The notes under the pieces were generated by a model. That model made no database searches, was not told the DNA's origin, and was given only the letters and a program-made list of their open reading frames with translations. Shown here one piece after another: positions 7,717 to 18,926 of a stretch of DNA of 64,000 nt (positions within the stretch are counted from its first letter, which is position 1; each line of letters opens with the position of its first letter). This stretch comes from Clostridia bacterium (GTDB taxonomy: Bacteria; Bacillota; Clostridia; Peptostreptococcales; Caminicellaceae). The position numbers were made by a program, and so were the translations under genes. The stretch lies in contig JAKSBP010000285.1 in the NCBI GenBank assembly GCA_022361035.1, positions 607-64,606 on the forward strand. Direction: 5' to 3'.

Positions 7717-7904
7717 GTAAATTCACCTCCTTTAAAATAGATAAAATATTTATATATAGTCATGCTATATTAAAATCTAAGATAAATTTTCCTAAAATAA
7801 TAAAGATTATATTTTTTTAGGATAATCTATTAATCTTTAAAGTAGCATTACTATATTGATAACTACCACTAAAGTTTAAAACAAACTTTTATAGTTAGTT
7901 ATTG

Positions 7905-9245
7905 CTAAAAGAAAGGCAACTTAAATTTACTACCCTTTTTAAATCCTTTTTCCATTCCGGAAAGTTGTTTCATCATTTTCTTAGTTTGCTCAAATTGTTT
8001 AAGCAGCTTATTTACAGATTGAACATTTGTTCCACTACCAGCGGCAATTCTCTTTCTTCTACTTCCCTTAATTATTGAAGGGTTTTGTCTTTCTTCTATA
8101 GTCATCGATTGGATAATCGCCTCTATATGAACTAACTCTTTGTCATCAACACTCAGATTTTTAAGTTGCTTATTACTTACACCTGGCATCATCTCTAATA
8201 TTTGGTTTAAAGGTCCCATATTCTTCATCTGCTGAAGTTGGTCTAAGAAGTCTTCTAAATTAAAATCCTGACTTTTCATTTTCTTTTCCAACTTCTTTAG
8301 TTTATTTTCGTCAAAACTAGCTTGGGCCTTTTCTATGAGGCTTAAAACATCACCCATCCCCAATATTCTTGAAGCCAATCTGTCAGGGTGAAAGGGTTCT
8401 AAATCCGTTAATTTCTCCCCTACCCCAATATATTTTATTGGTTTATCTGTTACTGCTCTAACTGATAATGCAGCTCCACCCCTAGTATCACCATCTAGTT
8501 TAGTTAATATAATTCCATCTATGCCTAATTCTGTATTAAAACTTTCAGCAACAGTTACAGCATCTTGACCAGTCATTGCATCGACAACCAACATGATTTC
8601 CTGGGGAGATACCTGGGATTTTATATCCTTTAATTCATCCATAAGTTTTTCATCTATATGAAGCCTTCCTGCCGTATCAACTATTACAACATCATTTCCA
8701 TATTTTTTAGCATGTTCTATACCTGCTTTAGCTATATTTACTGGACTAACTTTATCTCCCATAGAAAAAACAGGAATATCAAGTTTTTCTCCAACTACAT
8801 GTAACTGCTTAATTGCAGCGGGTCTATAGACATCACAGGCAACCAATAGTGGTCTTTTCCCAAGCTTTTTAAGCTGGTCACCCAATTTACCACCGGTAGT
8901 AGTTTTACCGGCTCCCTGCAATCCAACCAACATAATAATCGTAGGAGGCTTAGAGGAAAACTCAATTTTACTCTGAGTAGTTCCCATTAGATTTGTTAGT
9001 TCCTCATTAACAATCTTAATTACCTGCTGGCCTGGAGTTAAACTTTCTAAAACTTCATGACCAACCGTTCTTTCTGTGACTTTTTTAATAAAGTCTTTAA
9101 CAACTTTGTAGTTTACATCAGCCTCAAGCAATGCAAGCTTTACTTCACGCATTGCACTCTTTACATCCTTTTCCGAGAGCTTACCTTTACCCTTAAGCTT
9201 CTTAAAGGTATTTTGAAGCTTTTCGGAAAGACCTTCAAAAATCAT
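7905..9245 (-). CDS. ffh: Signal recognition particle protein Ffh
   Basis: GLQGAGKTTT, DTAGR and TKLDGD GTPase motifs, plus a Met-rich M domain. Confidence 0.97.
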   Translation of the reverse strand: MIFEGLSEKLQNTFKKLKGKGKLSEKDVKSAMREVKLALLEADVNYKVVKDFIKKVTERTVGHEVLESLTPGQQVIKIVNEELTNLMGTTQSKIEFSSKPPTIIMLVGLQGAGKTTTGGKLGDQLKKLGKRPLLVACDVYRPAAIKQLHVVGEKLDIPVFSMGDKVSPVNIAKAGIEHAKKYGNDVVIVDTAGRLHIDEKLMDELKDIKSQVSPQEIMLVVDAMTGQDAVTVAESFNTELGIDGIILTKLDGDTRGGAALSVRAVTDKPIKYIGVGEKLTDLEPFHPDRLASRILGMGDVLSLIEKAQASFDENKLKKLEKKMKSQDFNLEDFLDQLQQMKNMGPLNQILEMMPGVSNKQLKNLSVDDKELVHIEAIIQSMTIEERQNPSIIKGSRRKRIAAGSGTNVQSVNKLLKQFEQTKKMMKQLSGMEKGFKKGSKFKLPFF

Positions 9246-9266
9246 TTATTAACCTCCTTAAGAAGT

Positions 9267-9641
9267 TTACAAGTTCTTATCAAGAATCTCAATAAGCCCT
9301 TCTTTTATTTCATCTATTTGATTTAGTGCATCTCTTTTTTTATAATCATTATCAATAACTTTATATAGGCCCTCTACATCTTTAATTAACCCATTTACTC
9401 TATTTTTCGTATTTAAAAATTTATCTAGTAATCCAAGCTTTTCTTCATAACTTTTCAATATCTTTCGTGAGCGTTTTAAAGTGTCATAAACTGCTTGCCT
9501 ACTTATACCTAAATCTTCCGATATTTCACCTAAAGAAAAATCATGTATGCAGTGTAACTTTATGATTTCCTGCTGCTTATCCGTAAGTAGATTGCCATAG
9601 AAATCATACAAATCCCCTAACTTGATTTTTTCTTCAAACAT
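9267..9641 (-). CDS. ylxM: YlxM/p13-like putative DNA-binding protein (UPF0122)
   Basis: LYDFYG.LLT..Q......H...D.SL.EI.E..GISRQAV.D; conserved position upstream of ffh. Confidence 0.9.
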   Translation of the reverse strand: MFEEKIKLGDLYDFYGNLLTDKQQEIIKLHCIHDFSLGEISEDLGISRQAVYDTLKRSRKILKSYEEKLGLLDKFLNTKNRVNGLIKDVEGLYKVIDNDYKKRDALNQIDEIKEGLIEILDKNL

Positions 9642-9692
9642 TTTAACACTTCCCTAAAACATAACTGTAAAGGTTATATACTTTACAGATGT

Positions 9693-9721
9693 ATTTTATA
9701 ATACTATTACTTTATTGTCAA
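9693..9721 (-). promoter_or_regulatory. Sigma-A-type promoter for ylxM-ffh
   Basis: Minus strand reads TTGACA (9721..9716), a 17-nt spacer, then TAAAAT (9698..9693). Confidence 0.6.
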
Positions 9722-9744
9722 TAGAAAATGTTTAAAAAATGCTT

Positions 9745-10872
9745 TTAATTATCACTTAATAAGGCCTTAGCAAAGACTTTAGGATTAAATGTCTGGAGGT
9801 CACCTATTCCTTCACCAACTCCTATAAATTTAACAGGTATATCTAATTCCGATGTTATTCCAAGAACTACTCCACCTTTAGCTGTACCATCTAATTTAGT
9901 TAAGACTATCCCACTGATATCGGTAACTTCTTTAAAGGTCTTAGCTTGTTGAATTGCATTTTGACCTGTAGTTGCATCTAAAACTAAAAGAACCTCCTTC
10001 TTTGCCTCTGGATACTCTCTCTCTATAATTTTAAAGACCTTAGCCAATTCGTTCATCAAATTCTTTTTATTATGTAACCTACCGGCAGTATCACATATTA
10101 ATATATCAGTCTTTCTTGCCTTTGCAGATTGAATAGCGTCGTATATTATAGCGGCAGGGTCTGAACCCTCTTGCTGATGTATTACATTTACACCCACTCT
10201 ATCTCCCCATATTTTCAACTGGTCAATAGCCGCTGCTCTAAAGGTATCACCAGCCGCCAATAATACCTTTTTTCCACTTGACTTTATATTGTAGGCCAGT
10301 TTGCCTATTGAAGTAGTTTTTCCTACCCCATTTACACCTATAACGATAACAATTGCAGGGGGAGGAGAAATGTTTAAAGAATTGTCCCTTGTAGTAGTCA
10401 ATAATTCCTCTAAGATTTCTTGTAAAACTAATTTTATCTCTTTAGTATCGGTTAATCCCCTCTTTTTAATTTCTTCCCTGAGTCTCTCAATTATTTTCAT
10501 CGTTGTATCCATTCCTACATCAGAAACTATAAGTATTTCTTCCAGCTCTTCTAAAAATTCTTCGTCAATTTTTGTATAGGATTTCATTAAGGAGTCAATT
10601 TTTTCTATTATTTCATTCCTGGTTTTAGTTAAACCAGATTTTAATTTAGAAAAAAAATGCTGAAATTCATTATTATTTTCTTCTTTTTCAGTTTTAATTT
10701 CTGAAGAATTTCCAACACCCTTATTCATTGATTTTTCTTCTAATGCTTCAAGCTGTGGAGCTTCTTCATTATTTACCTCCTCCTGTATTATTTCCTGTTC
10801 AGCAACCTTATCTCCTTCAACTATTTGCTCTCCATCATCCTTGATTAATTTTTCAAAAAGTTTTTTTAACAT
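9745..10872 (-). CDS. ftsY: SRP receptor FtsY
   Basis: Acidic N-terminal region, then GVNGVGKTT, DTAGRL and TKLDGTAKGG. Confidence 0.96.
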   Translation of the reverse strand: MLKKLFEKLIKDDGEQIVEGDKVAEQEIIQEEVNNEEAPQLEALEEKSMNKGVGNSSEIKTEKEENNNEFQHFFSKLKSGLTKTRNEIIEKIDSLMKSYTKIDEEFLEELEEILIVSDVGMDTTMKIIERLREEIKKRGLTDTKEIKLVLQEILEELLTTTRDNSLNISPPPAIVIVIGVNGVGKTTSIGKLAYNIKSSGKKVLLAAGDTFRAAAIDQLKIWGDRVGVNVIHQQEGSDPAAIIYDAIQSAKARKTDILICDTAGRLHNKKNLMNELAKVFKIIEREYPEAKKEVLLVLDATTGQNAIQQAKTFKEVTDISGIVLTKLDGTAKGGVVLGITSELDIPVKFIGVGEGIGDLQTFNPKVFAKALLSDN

Positions 10873-11040
10873 ACCTTTACCTCCTGTATATTTCTTACTT
10901 TTAATACGTTCTAAAAAATCTATTTATCAAGTTTTAATCTTTCTATTTCCTTTACTCCTTTAAGTAAAATAGGGTCCTTTAATTAAATTTCCAAGTTTAT
11001 AATTTACTAAAGGAACTCACTTATATCAGTGGTCTCTATC

Positions 11041-14000
11041 CTAACTGGCTACATCGCTCAGCTTAACGGAAACCACCTTAGAAACTCCATACTCTTGCAT
11101 AGTAATACCGTATAAGTAATCAATAATCTCCATAGTTCCTTTTCTATGGGTAATAATAATAAATTGAGAATTCTTGGTAAATTCCTTTAAAAAGTCTGCA
11201 AATCTAAAAATATTTACATCATCTAGAGCTGCTTCAATTTCATCCAATATACAAAAGGGAGTTGGTTTGGTTCTCAATATGGAAAATAATAGAGCTATAG
11301 CCGTTAAAGCCCTTTCCCCTCCTGAAAGAAGGCTGAGATTTTGAAGTTTTTTCCCAGGGGGTTGAGCTATGATTTCTATTTTACCCTCTAAAACATTACC
11401 ATCTTCTTCTAACTCAAGCTTAGCTTTACCACCGCTAAAAAGCTCCTTGAAGATTACACTAAAGTTTTCATTTATTTCATGAAAGCTTTTAATAAACTGT
11501 TTTTTCATTGTATTTTCCAATTCAAGAATTACTTGCTTAAGGGATTCCTTTGCTTTTATCAGATCTTCTTTTTGAGACTTTAAAAATGAGTACCTTTCAC
11601 TAACCTCCTCATATTCTTTAATGGAAGCTAAGCTTACTTCTCCTAATTTTTTTATTTCTCTATTTAGATGACTTATTCTTTTGGAAGCATCATTAAAATC
11701 CCCTATATCCTTTTTGTAATTTAGTGAATCCATATAACTTAATTCATATTTTTCCCAAATCTTCTTTATATAATTATCATATTGAAGCTCAAGTCTCGTT
11801 CTTCGTACTTCAATTTTATGCAAACTTTCTTTTAAATCATTGAGGGCAGTATCTATTACCTCAATTTTTTCAATTAAATCCTTATTTTTTTCATTCCATA
11901 TATTTTTTTCCTCATCAAACTTCTTAACATTATAATCTATTTGCTTGCTAAGGATTTCATTGTCATTAATAGATATAATTATACTATCTAGATTCTCCAT
12001 ATAACTTTCTTTTTCTGCTTCTAACTTAGATAACTCATTTTCCTTATTTATTTTATTGTCTTTCCAAACATTAATAGTACTCTTTATTCTACTTATTTCC
12101 TTTAAGACATTGTCTCTCTTTTCTTTTTCTGAAGCTAAATTGACCTTTATTGAAGTAATATATTCATTTAATGAATTTGATTCCCTTTGCTTTTCTTCAA
12201 TAAGTACTTCTATATCCTTTATATTTTTTTCTGCCTCAATGCTTTCAGATTTAAGGGATGATATGAGGGACTGTTTTTTAACTACTGTTTCTTCCATGTC
12301 ACTTAGTTCACCTTTAAGTTCCTCAAGTTCTTTCTTCAAAGTCTCCATAGATAGATTAAGTGAATGGCCTTGATTTTTAATATTTGATAATATATTTTCT
12401 TTTCTTATAAGCATAAGTCTTATATTTTCAGCCGCTGATGAGTTAATTTTTAATTTTTCATTTATATCTTCAAGGTTATTTTTATATTCTTTTAAATCAT
12501 GACCATACTGATTGACTAAATTGTTAAGTTTAGAAACTTTGCTACCAAGCTCTACTAATTTCCTCTTCCTGCTAAACACATTTGAAATCTTTGACTTATA
12601 GCTACCCCCTGTTATTGTACCTCCAGGATTTATAACATCTCCCTCAAGTGTCACTATTTTAAATTTTCTTACAAGCTTAGATATCTTAAGGGCAGAATCG
12701 ATATTATCGACTATTAAAGTTTTTCCAAGAAGATAATGGAATAGGCTATTGTATTGCTTAGAACATGAAATAAGATTACTAGCTACTCCAATATAACCTT
12801 TAAAATCTTTGACTTTAAAGTTGATTTCTTGATCCCTTTGCCTTGAATGGACATTGGATAATGGAAGGAATGTTACCCTCCCTAAATTGTTTTCTTTAAG
12901 ATATTTTATGATTGCCTTTGCATCGTCCTCAGCATTGCAAACAATATTTTGCATAGAGTACCCTAATGCCACTTCCATGGCAATTTCATACTCCTTTGGA
13001 ATACTCATAAGCTCAGCAACTACACCATGAACTCCCTTACCTATTCCCCTTTGGTCTTGGCATAACTGTAAAGTTTTTCTAACACTTGCACTAAATCCTT
13101 CATAGGACTTATCCATAGCCTCAAGCAGTCTTCTTTCCGATTGAAGGTCCCTTAAATTATTTCTTTCACTTTCATAGGTTTTTAATAAAGTCTGATACTC
13201 ATTGTTATATTTATTATTTTCAGCTATTAAATCTTCCTTCTCCAAAGTTTTTTCCTTGAGTGAATTCTTTATTTTATCTATCTCATCCTCTATCAATCTT
13301 AAATTTTCTAAATTTTCCCTTTCACTATCTAGTAAATTATGCCTTTCATCCTCAATCTTCTGTATTCTATTTACTATATTTTTTTTAATAGCATTTATGC
13401 TATTTATTTCACTTTTCGAAGAAGATATGGAGTTAAGGACCTCGATAACCTTACTTTTATAATCCTCTGACTTCTCCTGATGGGTAGTAATAAATCTAAT
13501 CATATCCTGTGATTTTTTATTTTCATTGAGCAACAACTCATTATTCTCAGATAATAGATTCTCTAGTTCATCACTTTCAGTTAATAGTGAAGATAATTGT
13601 ATATTAATATCCTTATCTTGAATTGATATGCTATCTATTTCACCCTTTATTCTTGATATATTATTTTCAATATTTTGTATTTTTTCTTCATAAAGTACCT
13701 TATCACCTTCTAATTTTTTTGTTGTATTTATAATTTCAAAATAGTTTTCCTTCATATCTTGAATATCATTCTGCAAGCTTTCAATTTTATTCTGACACTC
13801 CAACTGATTATTACCTAAACCTTCTCTTTTGACTAAATAATTTGAATGTTGAGTCTCTACAATATTAAATTGCTCTTCTTCAGCTTTAAGTTTTCGCTTT
13901 ACATCATCTATATCCCTTAAAAACATATTGATTTCTAAATCCTTAAGCTCCTCAGATAACTCCAAAAATGCTTTGGCTTTTTCACTCTGCTTTTTTAAAG

Positions 14001-14610
14001 GCTCAACCCTCGACTCAAGTTCTCCTAATATATCTTCTATTCTTATAAGATTTTGATTTGTATTATCAAGCTTTCTTTCAGCCTCAATTTTTCTTGATTT
14101 AAACTTAACTATTCCTGCCGCTTCTTCAAAGATTTGTCTTCTATCATCGGGCTTATTACTTAGTATACTGTCAATCTGGCCCTGACCAATGAGAGAATAC
14201 CCATCTATACCAATTCCTGTATCCATTAATAGTTCTCTGATGTCCTTCAATCTACAAGGAACTTTATTTATAAGATATTCACTTTCACCAGAACGATACA
14301 GTCTTCGTGTTATAGTGACTTCACTATAATCTATAGGTAAAAATCCTTGGCTATTATTAAATGTCAATGATACCTCTGCCATTCCCAAGGGCTTCCTGTG
14401 GGAGGTTCCATTGAAAATAATATCTTCCATTCTACTTCCCCTTAAGGTTTTTGGGCTTTGTTCCCCAAGAACCCATCTAACGGAATCGATAACATTACTC
14501 TTTCCGCTACCATTAGGGCCTACGATACCCGTAATCCCATTTTTAAAATCAATTTCTATTTTATCAGCAAAGGACTTAAATCCATGGGCTTCAAGTTTTT
14601 TAAGGTACAA
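11041..14610 (-). CDS. smc: Chromosome segregation protein SMC
   Basis: Walker A GPNGSGKSN, long coiled coils, a hinge (GV.G.V.EL), signature LSGGE and Walker B ILDEIEAALD. Start set to the TTG at 14610, 6 nt after GAGGTG, which gives the typical (M)YLKKLE N-terminus. Confidence 0.95.
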   Translation of the reverse strand: MYLKKLEAHGFKSFADKIEIDFKNGITGIVGPNGSGKSNVIDSVRWVLGEQSPKTLRGSRMEDIIFNGTSHRKPLGMAEVSLTFNNSQGFLPIDYSEVTITRRLYRSGESEYLINKVPCRLKDIRELLMDTGIGIDGYSLIGQGQIDSILSNKPDDRRQIFEEAAGIVKFKSRKIEAERKLDNTNQNLIRIEDILGELESRVEPLKKQSEKAKAFLELSEELKDLEINMFLRDIDDVKRKLKAEEEQFNIVETQHSNYLVKREGLGNNQLECQNKIESLQNDIQDMKENYFEIINTTKKLEGDKVLYEEKIQNIENNISRIKGEIDSISIQDKDINIQLSSLLTESDELENLLSENNELLLNENKKSQDMIRFITTHQEKSEDYKSKVIEVLNSISSSKSEINSINAIKKNIVNRIQKIEDERHNLLDSERENLENLRLIEDEIDKIKNSLKEKTLEKEDLIAENNKYNNEYQTLLKTYESERNNLRDLQSERRLLEAMDKSYEGFSASVRKTLQLCQDQRGIGKGVHGVVAELMSIPKEYEIAMEVALGYSMQNIVCNAEDDAKAIIKYLKENNLGRVTFLPLSNVHSRQRDQEINFKVKDFKGYIGVASNLISCSKQYNSLFHYLLGKTLIVDNIDSALKISKLVRKFKIVTLEGDVINPGGTITGGSYKSKISNVFSRKRKLVELGSKVSKLNNLVNQYGHDLKEYKNNLEDINEKLKINSSAAENIRLMLIRKENILSNIKNQGHSLNLSMETLKKELEELKGELSDMEETVVKKQSLISSLKSESIEAEKNIKDIEVLIEEKQRESNSLNEYITSIKVNLASEKEKRDNVLKEISRIKSTINVWKDNKINKENELSKLEAEKESYMENLDSIIISINDNEILSKQIDYNVKKFDEEKNIWNEKNKDLIEKIEVIDTALNDLKESLHKIEVRRTRLELQYDNYIKKIWEKYELSYMDSLNYKKDIGDFNDASKRISHLNREIKKLGEVSLASIKEYEEVSERYSFLKSQKEDLIKAKESLKQVILELENTMKKQFIKSFHEINENFSVIFKELFSGGKAKLELEEDGNVLEGKIEIIAQPPGKKLQNLSLLSGGERALTAIALLFSILRTKPTPFCILDEIEAALDDVNIFRFADFLKEFTKNSQFIIITHRKGTMEIIDYLYGITMQEYGVSKVVSVKLSDVAS

Positions 14611-14747
14611 TGTATACACCTCTTTTATATAAGTTTACGTATAATTGACATTTAGCTAACTTCATTTTAAGAAATTATCCTAATGCATCTTTTACAACCT
14701 AGAAATTAGTAATAGTAACTGCACTTAAACATTTTATCATATCTTTC

Positions 14748-14784
14748 AAAAAATTAAAATAACACCTTAAGCCTAGGTGTTATT
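14748..14784 (-). terminator. Rho-independent terminator after the radical SAM gene
   Basis: aataacacct / aggtgttatt 10-bp stem with a 7-nt loop, then a T-run on the minus strand. Confidence 0.8.
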
Positions 14785-14818
14785 GATAATGTTTAGTATT
14801 AAATGAATATTAATTATC

Positions 14819-15913
14819 TTACTTCCTTGACATGAACTCAACTTTTTCATATGCCTTAATTTTCTTTAATATACTATCATTAAGCTTAATTTTAATTTCA
14901 TCCTTAGATATGTCTAATGTTTTAGTTATAATTATATCCCCAACATTATATTTTTCTCTAAAAAAGTTTAGGTTCCTCTTTCTAATTCCAACTAAATTAG
15001 AAATTGATTTTGGATGCAGAATAAACTCTATTTTGTGTATTTTTTCTTTATAGGAAGAAATGTATTTATCAATTGACTCCTTAAATATTTCAGATTCTAC
15101 AAGCTGCCTAAAGGATGGATGAAAAGGTCCTGCTATTACGTCCTTTCCCTCCATTATATTATCTGTTGGTTGAAGGCCCATACGAATAATAGGAATACCA
15201 TGATAATAATATAGCCTATATAGTTCCTTACATATAAAGAGAGCTTCCTCAAGTTTTAAAGGCTTGTAATCGCCATCTAAATACAATTCCTCCAGTTTAG
15301 TACCTCTTATGACTAAGGTTGGATAGATTCTAATAAAATCAGGATTGCATGAAATTATTTTCTTGGCAGTAGCCATTGATTTTTTAAAGTCATCCCCAGG
15401 TAATCCAACCATCATTTGTAGCCCTAGTTTTAAACCCTCTCTCTTTATTAAATTCGATGCTCTTATTACATCACTAGCCCCATGACCTCTAAGGCTTTTC
15501 CCTAGCACATCATTATCTAATGACTGGACTCCCAATTCAATAATTGAAACATTATATTCTTTTAGATATGAGAGTACACCTTCATCTATATAATCCGGTC
15601 TAGTAGACAATCTAATATCATCTATGTATCCAGATTTATACCATTTACTCGCAATATATAGGAATTCTTTTTGTTTTTCAATATCTATTCCAGTAAAGCT
15701 TCCTCCAAAAAATGCAATCTCAATATGTTTATCAGATTTTTCTCCTATGAATTTTACATAGTTTTTAATTTGTTCTTCAACCTGCTCTCCCTTTAAAACA
15801 GTATCTATACCTGTTATTTTCTTCTGATTACAGAAAATACAATCAAAAGGGCATCCATGATGGGGAACAAAGATAGGTATAATGTAATTCTTTTTACCCA
15901 ATATTAAACACAC
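14819..15913 (-). CDS. ELP3-like radical SAM protein
   Basis: CPFDCIFCNQ (CxxxCxxC) near the N-terminus; conserved position between rnc and smc. Confidence 0.85.
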   Translation of the reverse strand: MCLILGKKNYIIPIFVPHHGCPFDCIFCNQKKITGIDTVLKGEQVEEQIKNYVKFIGEKSDKHIEIAFFGGSFTGIDIEKQKEFLYIASKWYKSGYIDDIRLSTRPDYIDEGVLSYLKEYNVSIIELGVQSLDNDVLGKSLRGHGASDVIRASNLIKREGLKLGLQMMVGLPGDDFKKSMATAKKIISCNPDFIRIYPTLVIRGTKLEELYLDGDYKPLKLEEALFICKELYRLYYYHGIPIIRMGLQPTDNIMEGKDVIAGPFHPSFRQLVESEIFKESIDKYISSYKEKIHKIEFILHPKSISNLVGIRKRNLNFFREKYNVGDIIITKTLDISKDEIKIKLNDSILKKIKAYEKVEFMSRK

Positions 15914-15987
15914 CTCTCAAAGGGTTGAAAATTTATACTTTAACCTGTCTACTAGCAACTAGATTAAAGTATAAATATAGATTACTT

Positions 15988-16689
15988 TTAACATTGATCT
16001 TCCATATATCCTAAGGCCATTTTAGCGGCATTTTGTTCCGATTCCTTTTTACTTTTACCATTACCAAAACCTAAAACCCTATCATTTTTTTTGACTTGTG
16101 TATAGAAGGTTTTATTATGGTCAGGACCTTTTTCATCTATAATTTCATAGCTTATTTTTACATTAGCATCATTTTGAACCAATTCCTGTAGGCGGGTTTT
16201 AAAATCAATAAATATTTTTCCAGAAAGTGCGTCCTCAATAACTTTTTTCATTGTAGTAAGAATAAAATTTCTAGAATCATTTAATCCCCCATCTAAATAT
16301 ATGGCTCCTATAATGGATTCAAAGGCATCGGCCAATAGAGATGGCCTTTCTCTACCACCGGTAGAGTCTTCACCTTTACCTAGCATTATATATCTCCCTA
16401 AATCAATTTCCTTAGCACAGTTTGATAGTGTAGTTTCACAAACTATTTTTGCCCTAGTTTTAGTTAGCTCTCCCTCGGGTAAACTAGGATAATTAGTAAA
16501 TAGATAATCACTTATAACAAGACCTAAAACTGAATCCCCTAGAAACTCAAGTCTTTCGTTATGATTATATTTCTTATATTTCTTCTCATTTGCATATGAA
16601 CTGTGGGTTAAAGCTTCTGTTAAAAAATCTCTATTATTGAACACATATTTTATTAACTGTTCAAACTCACTAATGCTATCATTATTCAA
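15988..16689 (-). CDS. rnc: Ribonuclease III
   Basis: ALTHSSY...NERLEFLGDSVL signature and a C-terminal dsRBD. Start set to the TTG at 16689, 7 nt after GGGAGGG; the track ORF has a 48-aa spurious extension. Confidence 0.92.
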   Translation of the reverse strand: MNNDSISEFEQLIKYVFNNRDFLTEALTHSSYANEKKYKKYNHNERLEFLGDSVLGLVISDYLFTNYPSLPEGELTKTRAKIVCETTLSNCAKEIDLGRYIMLGKGEDSTGGRERPSLLADAFESIIGAIYLDGGLNDSRNFILTTMKKVIEDALSGKIFIDFKTRLQELVQNDANVKISYEIIDEKGPDHNKTFYTQVKKNDRVLGFGNGKSKKESEQNAAKMALGYMEDQC

Positions 16690-17090
16690 AACTTTCCCTC
16701 CCAAACAACAGAAGGAATTTCGAATGTATTTTATAAAAACTGTTAGCTTGTAAATTGGAAACTTAGAGAATTGAAGGTCTTGGTTTTCTATTCCCATTTC
16801 CCCATAAAGAAATAACTTTAAAATAAAAAACATTCGGAAAACCTTCTAAAAATCACATTATTATTTTATATTCACTTATCATAATTTAAAAGTAGTACTT
16901 AGACAAGATCCTCTAATGAGCTCTTATTACTTCTCGGTTCCTTATAAACTTAAGTTATCCTCTTAAGTCTTAAGTATTCACAACTATTTTCTAAAATTTT
17001 ATTGTTAATAGCTTATATTTTATAGAAAAGAGTTTGAATTCCTACGTAACAAGATGAAGCGAGCCAATCTTGACTCGCTCTTAATTAAAC

Positions 17091-18344
17091 TTAGTCATTA
17101 TATTTCTTCAAAAGTATTGATGCATTATGGCCGCCAAATCCTAACGAATTGGAAAGGGCATAATTTACAACTTTTGATTTACCCTTATTTGGAACATAAT
17201 CTAAATCTAGTTCTGGGTCTGGATTTATATGATTAATTGTAGGATGAACATAGTCTTCGTTGATAGCTAACAAGCAAGCTATTGCTTCTATTGCACCAGC
17301 TGCACCAAGCAAATGACCCGTCATAGATTTTGTAGAGCTTACTGATAGCTTATAGGCATGATCCCCAAATACACTTTTAATGGCCATTGTCTCATATTTG
17401 TCGTTATAGGGAGTGGATGTACCATGGGCATTTATATAGTCAACATCTTCAGGCTTGATTCCTGCATCATTAATAGCATTTTGCATAGTTCTTGCACAAC
17501 CTTCACCACCAGGGGCTGGAGTCGTAATATGGTAAGCATCAGATGACATACCATAACCTACAATTTCACCATAAATTTTTGCTCCACGCTTTTTAGCCTG
17601 TTCTAGCTCTTCCATCATAAGAATTCCTGCTCCTTCACCCATTACAAATCCATCTCTATCTTTAGTAAAGGGACAACTAGCAATCTTTGGATTATCATTT
17701 CTTGTTGACATGGCTTTCATCTTACCAAAACCAGCCATACATGAATGACTTACAGGTGCTTCTGAACCTCCTGCAAACATTAAATCTACATCTCCTCTTT
17801 GAATAAGCCTAAATGCATCTCCAATTGCATTAGTAGCGGAAGCACAAGCAGACACAGGGGTAATAGTCGGTCCTTTTGCTCCAACTTCAATAGAAATCCT
17901 TCCAGCTCCCATATTACAAATCATCATAGGTATAAGAAAAGGGCTAACCCATTTAGGACCTCTTTCTATAATCTTAGTAAACTCTTTTTCAAAGGTATCA
18001 ACACCACCAATGCCCGTACCTAAAGCTACTCCAATTCTCTCCTGGTCAATTTCATCAATATTTATTCCTGAATCCTTTAAAGCCATTTTTGAAGCAGCAA
18101 CTGCGAATTGAGAAAATCTATCCATTCTTTTAGCTTCTTTTTTGTCTATATACTCTTCCGGATCAAAGTCGTTAACTTCTCCTGCAATTTGGCTTTTATA
18201 AGGATCTACATTAAATCTTGTAATTCTATCTATACCATTAGCACCATTTTTCAATGCCTCCCAATAATTTTCCTTACCAGTACCAATAGGAGATATTACA
18301 CCTATTCCAGTTATAACTACTCGTCTCTCACTTATCATACTCAA
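17091..18344 (-). CDS. fabF: 3-oxoacyl-ACP synthase II
   Basis: RRVVITGIG, the active-site region ACAS, and HGTSTP/GHLLGAAG motifs. The start is either the TTG at 18344 or the ATG at 18338. Confidence 0.95.
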   Translation of the reverse strand: MSMISERRVVITGIGVISPIGTGKENYWEALKNGANGIDRITRFNVDPYKSQIAGEVNDFDPEEYIDKKEAKRMDRFSQFAVAASKMALKDSGINIDEIDQERIGVALGTGIGGVDTFEKEFTKIIERGPKWVSPFLIPMMICNMGAGRISIEVGAKGPTITPVSACASATNAIGDAFRLIQRGDVDLMFAGGSEAPVSHSCMAGFGKMKAMSTRNDNPKIASCPFTKDRDGFVMGEGAGILMMEELEQAKKRGAKIYGEIVGYGMSSDAYHITTPAPGGEGCARTMQNAINDAGIKPEDVDYINAHGTSTPYNDKYETMAIKSVFGDHAYKLSVSSTKSMTGHLLGAAGAIEAIACLLAINEDYVHPTINHINPDPELDLDYVPNKGKSKVVNYALSNSLGFGGHNASILLKKYND

Positions 18345-18397
18345 ACTTAACTCCTTCCTATACTTGTTTAAATATTTAGTCTAAATATTTAAACTTT

Positions 18398-18631
18398 CTA
18401 TTTAGTTTTTTCTTCAATATACTTTGCAATATCCCCTATGCTTTTAAAGCCTTCCGCATCCTCATCTGGAATTTCAATATCAAATTGATCTTCAAGGGCC
18501 ATAATTACCTCTACAGCGTCAAGAGAATCGGCTTCTAAATCATTCATTAAAGAAGTCTGTGGAGTAATTTTTATATCACCATCTAAATCTAATTGCTCTA
18601 TTACAACCTTTACAACTTTATCAAACACCAT
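18398..18631 (-). CDS. acpP: Acyl carrier protein, copy 1 (fabF-proximal)
   Basis: LEADSLD phosphopantetheine-attachment motif. ATG at 18631, 6 nt after AGGTG; the track start is a GTG inside the SD. Confidence 0.93.
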   Translation of the reverse strand: MVFDKVVKVVIEQLDLDGDIKITPQTSLMNDLEADSLDAVEVIMALEDQFDIEIPDEDAEGFKSIGDIAKYIEEKTK

Positions 18632-18718
18632 ATTTAACACCTACCCTTTTATATGTTTTTAATATAATTTTTATAATGAACAGTATTAAACCTCGTAATT
18701 CTATCAATAGCCATTACG

Positions 18719-18754
18719 GCTATTTAAGTGTATTCTGCTATTTAAGTGTATTCT
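18719..18754. repeat. 18-nt tandem direct repeat (two units) in the acpP-acpP spacer
   Basis: gctatttaagtgtattct occurs twice, back to back. Confidence 0.8.
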
Positions 18755-18926
18755 ATAGATAAACAACATTAACATTCAGAATAAATTTCAAAGAAAATAA
18801 TGAAGGCTTCTATATTTTTTAAAAGTTGATTACCTATAATAGTTTTCTTTAGTAATATGAAGCAATGGGAGAAATTATACCTATTATAGTTATTAAATTT
18901 AATTTCTCCCATATTTTGTTTAAATA

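Noticed and set aside
11041-14610. Apparent repetitiveness of the smc coding sequence and of its antisense ORFs
   Set aside because: It reflects the K/E/L/N-rich coiled-coil composition. It is not a discrete DNA repeat.
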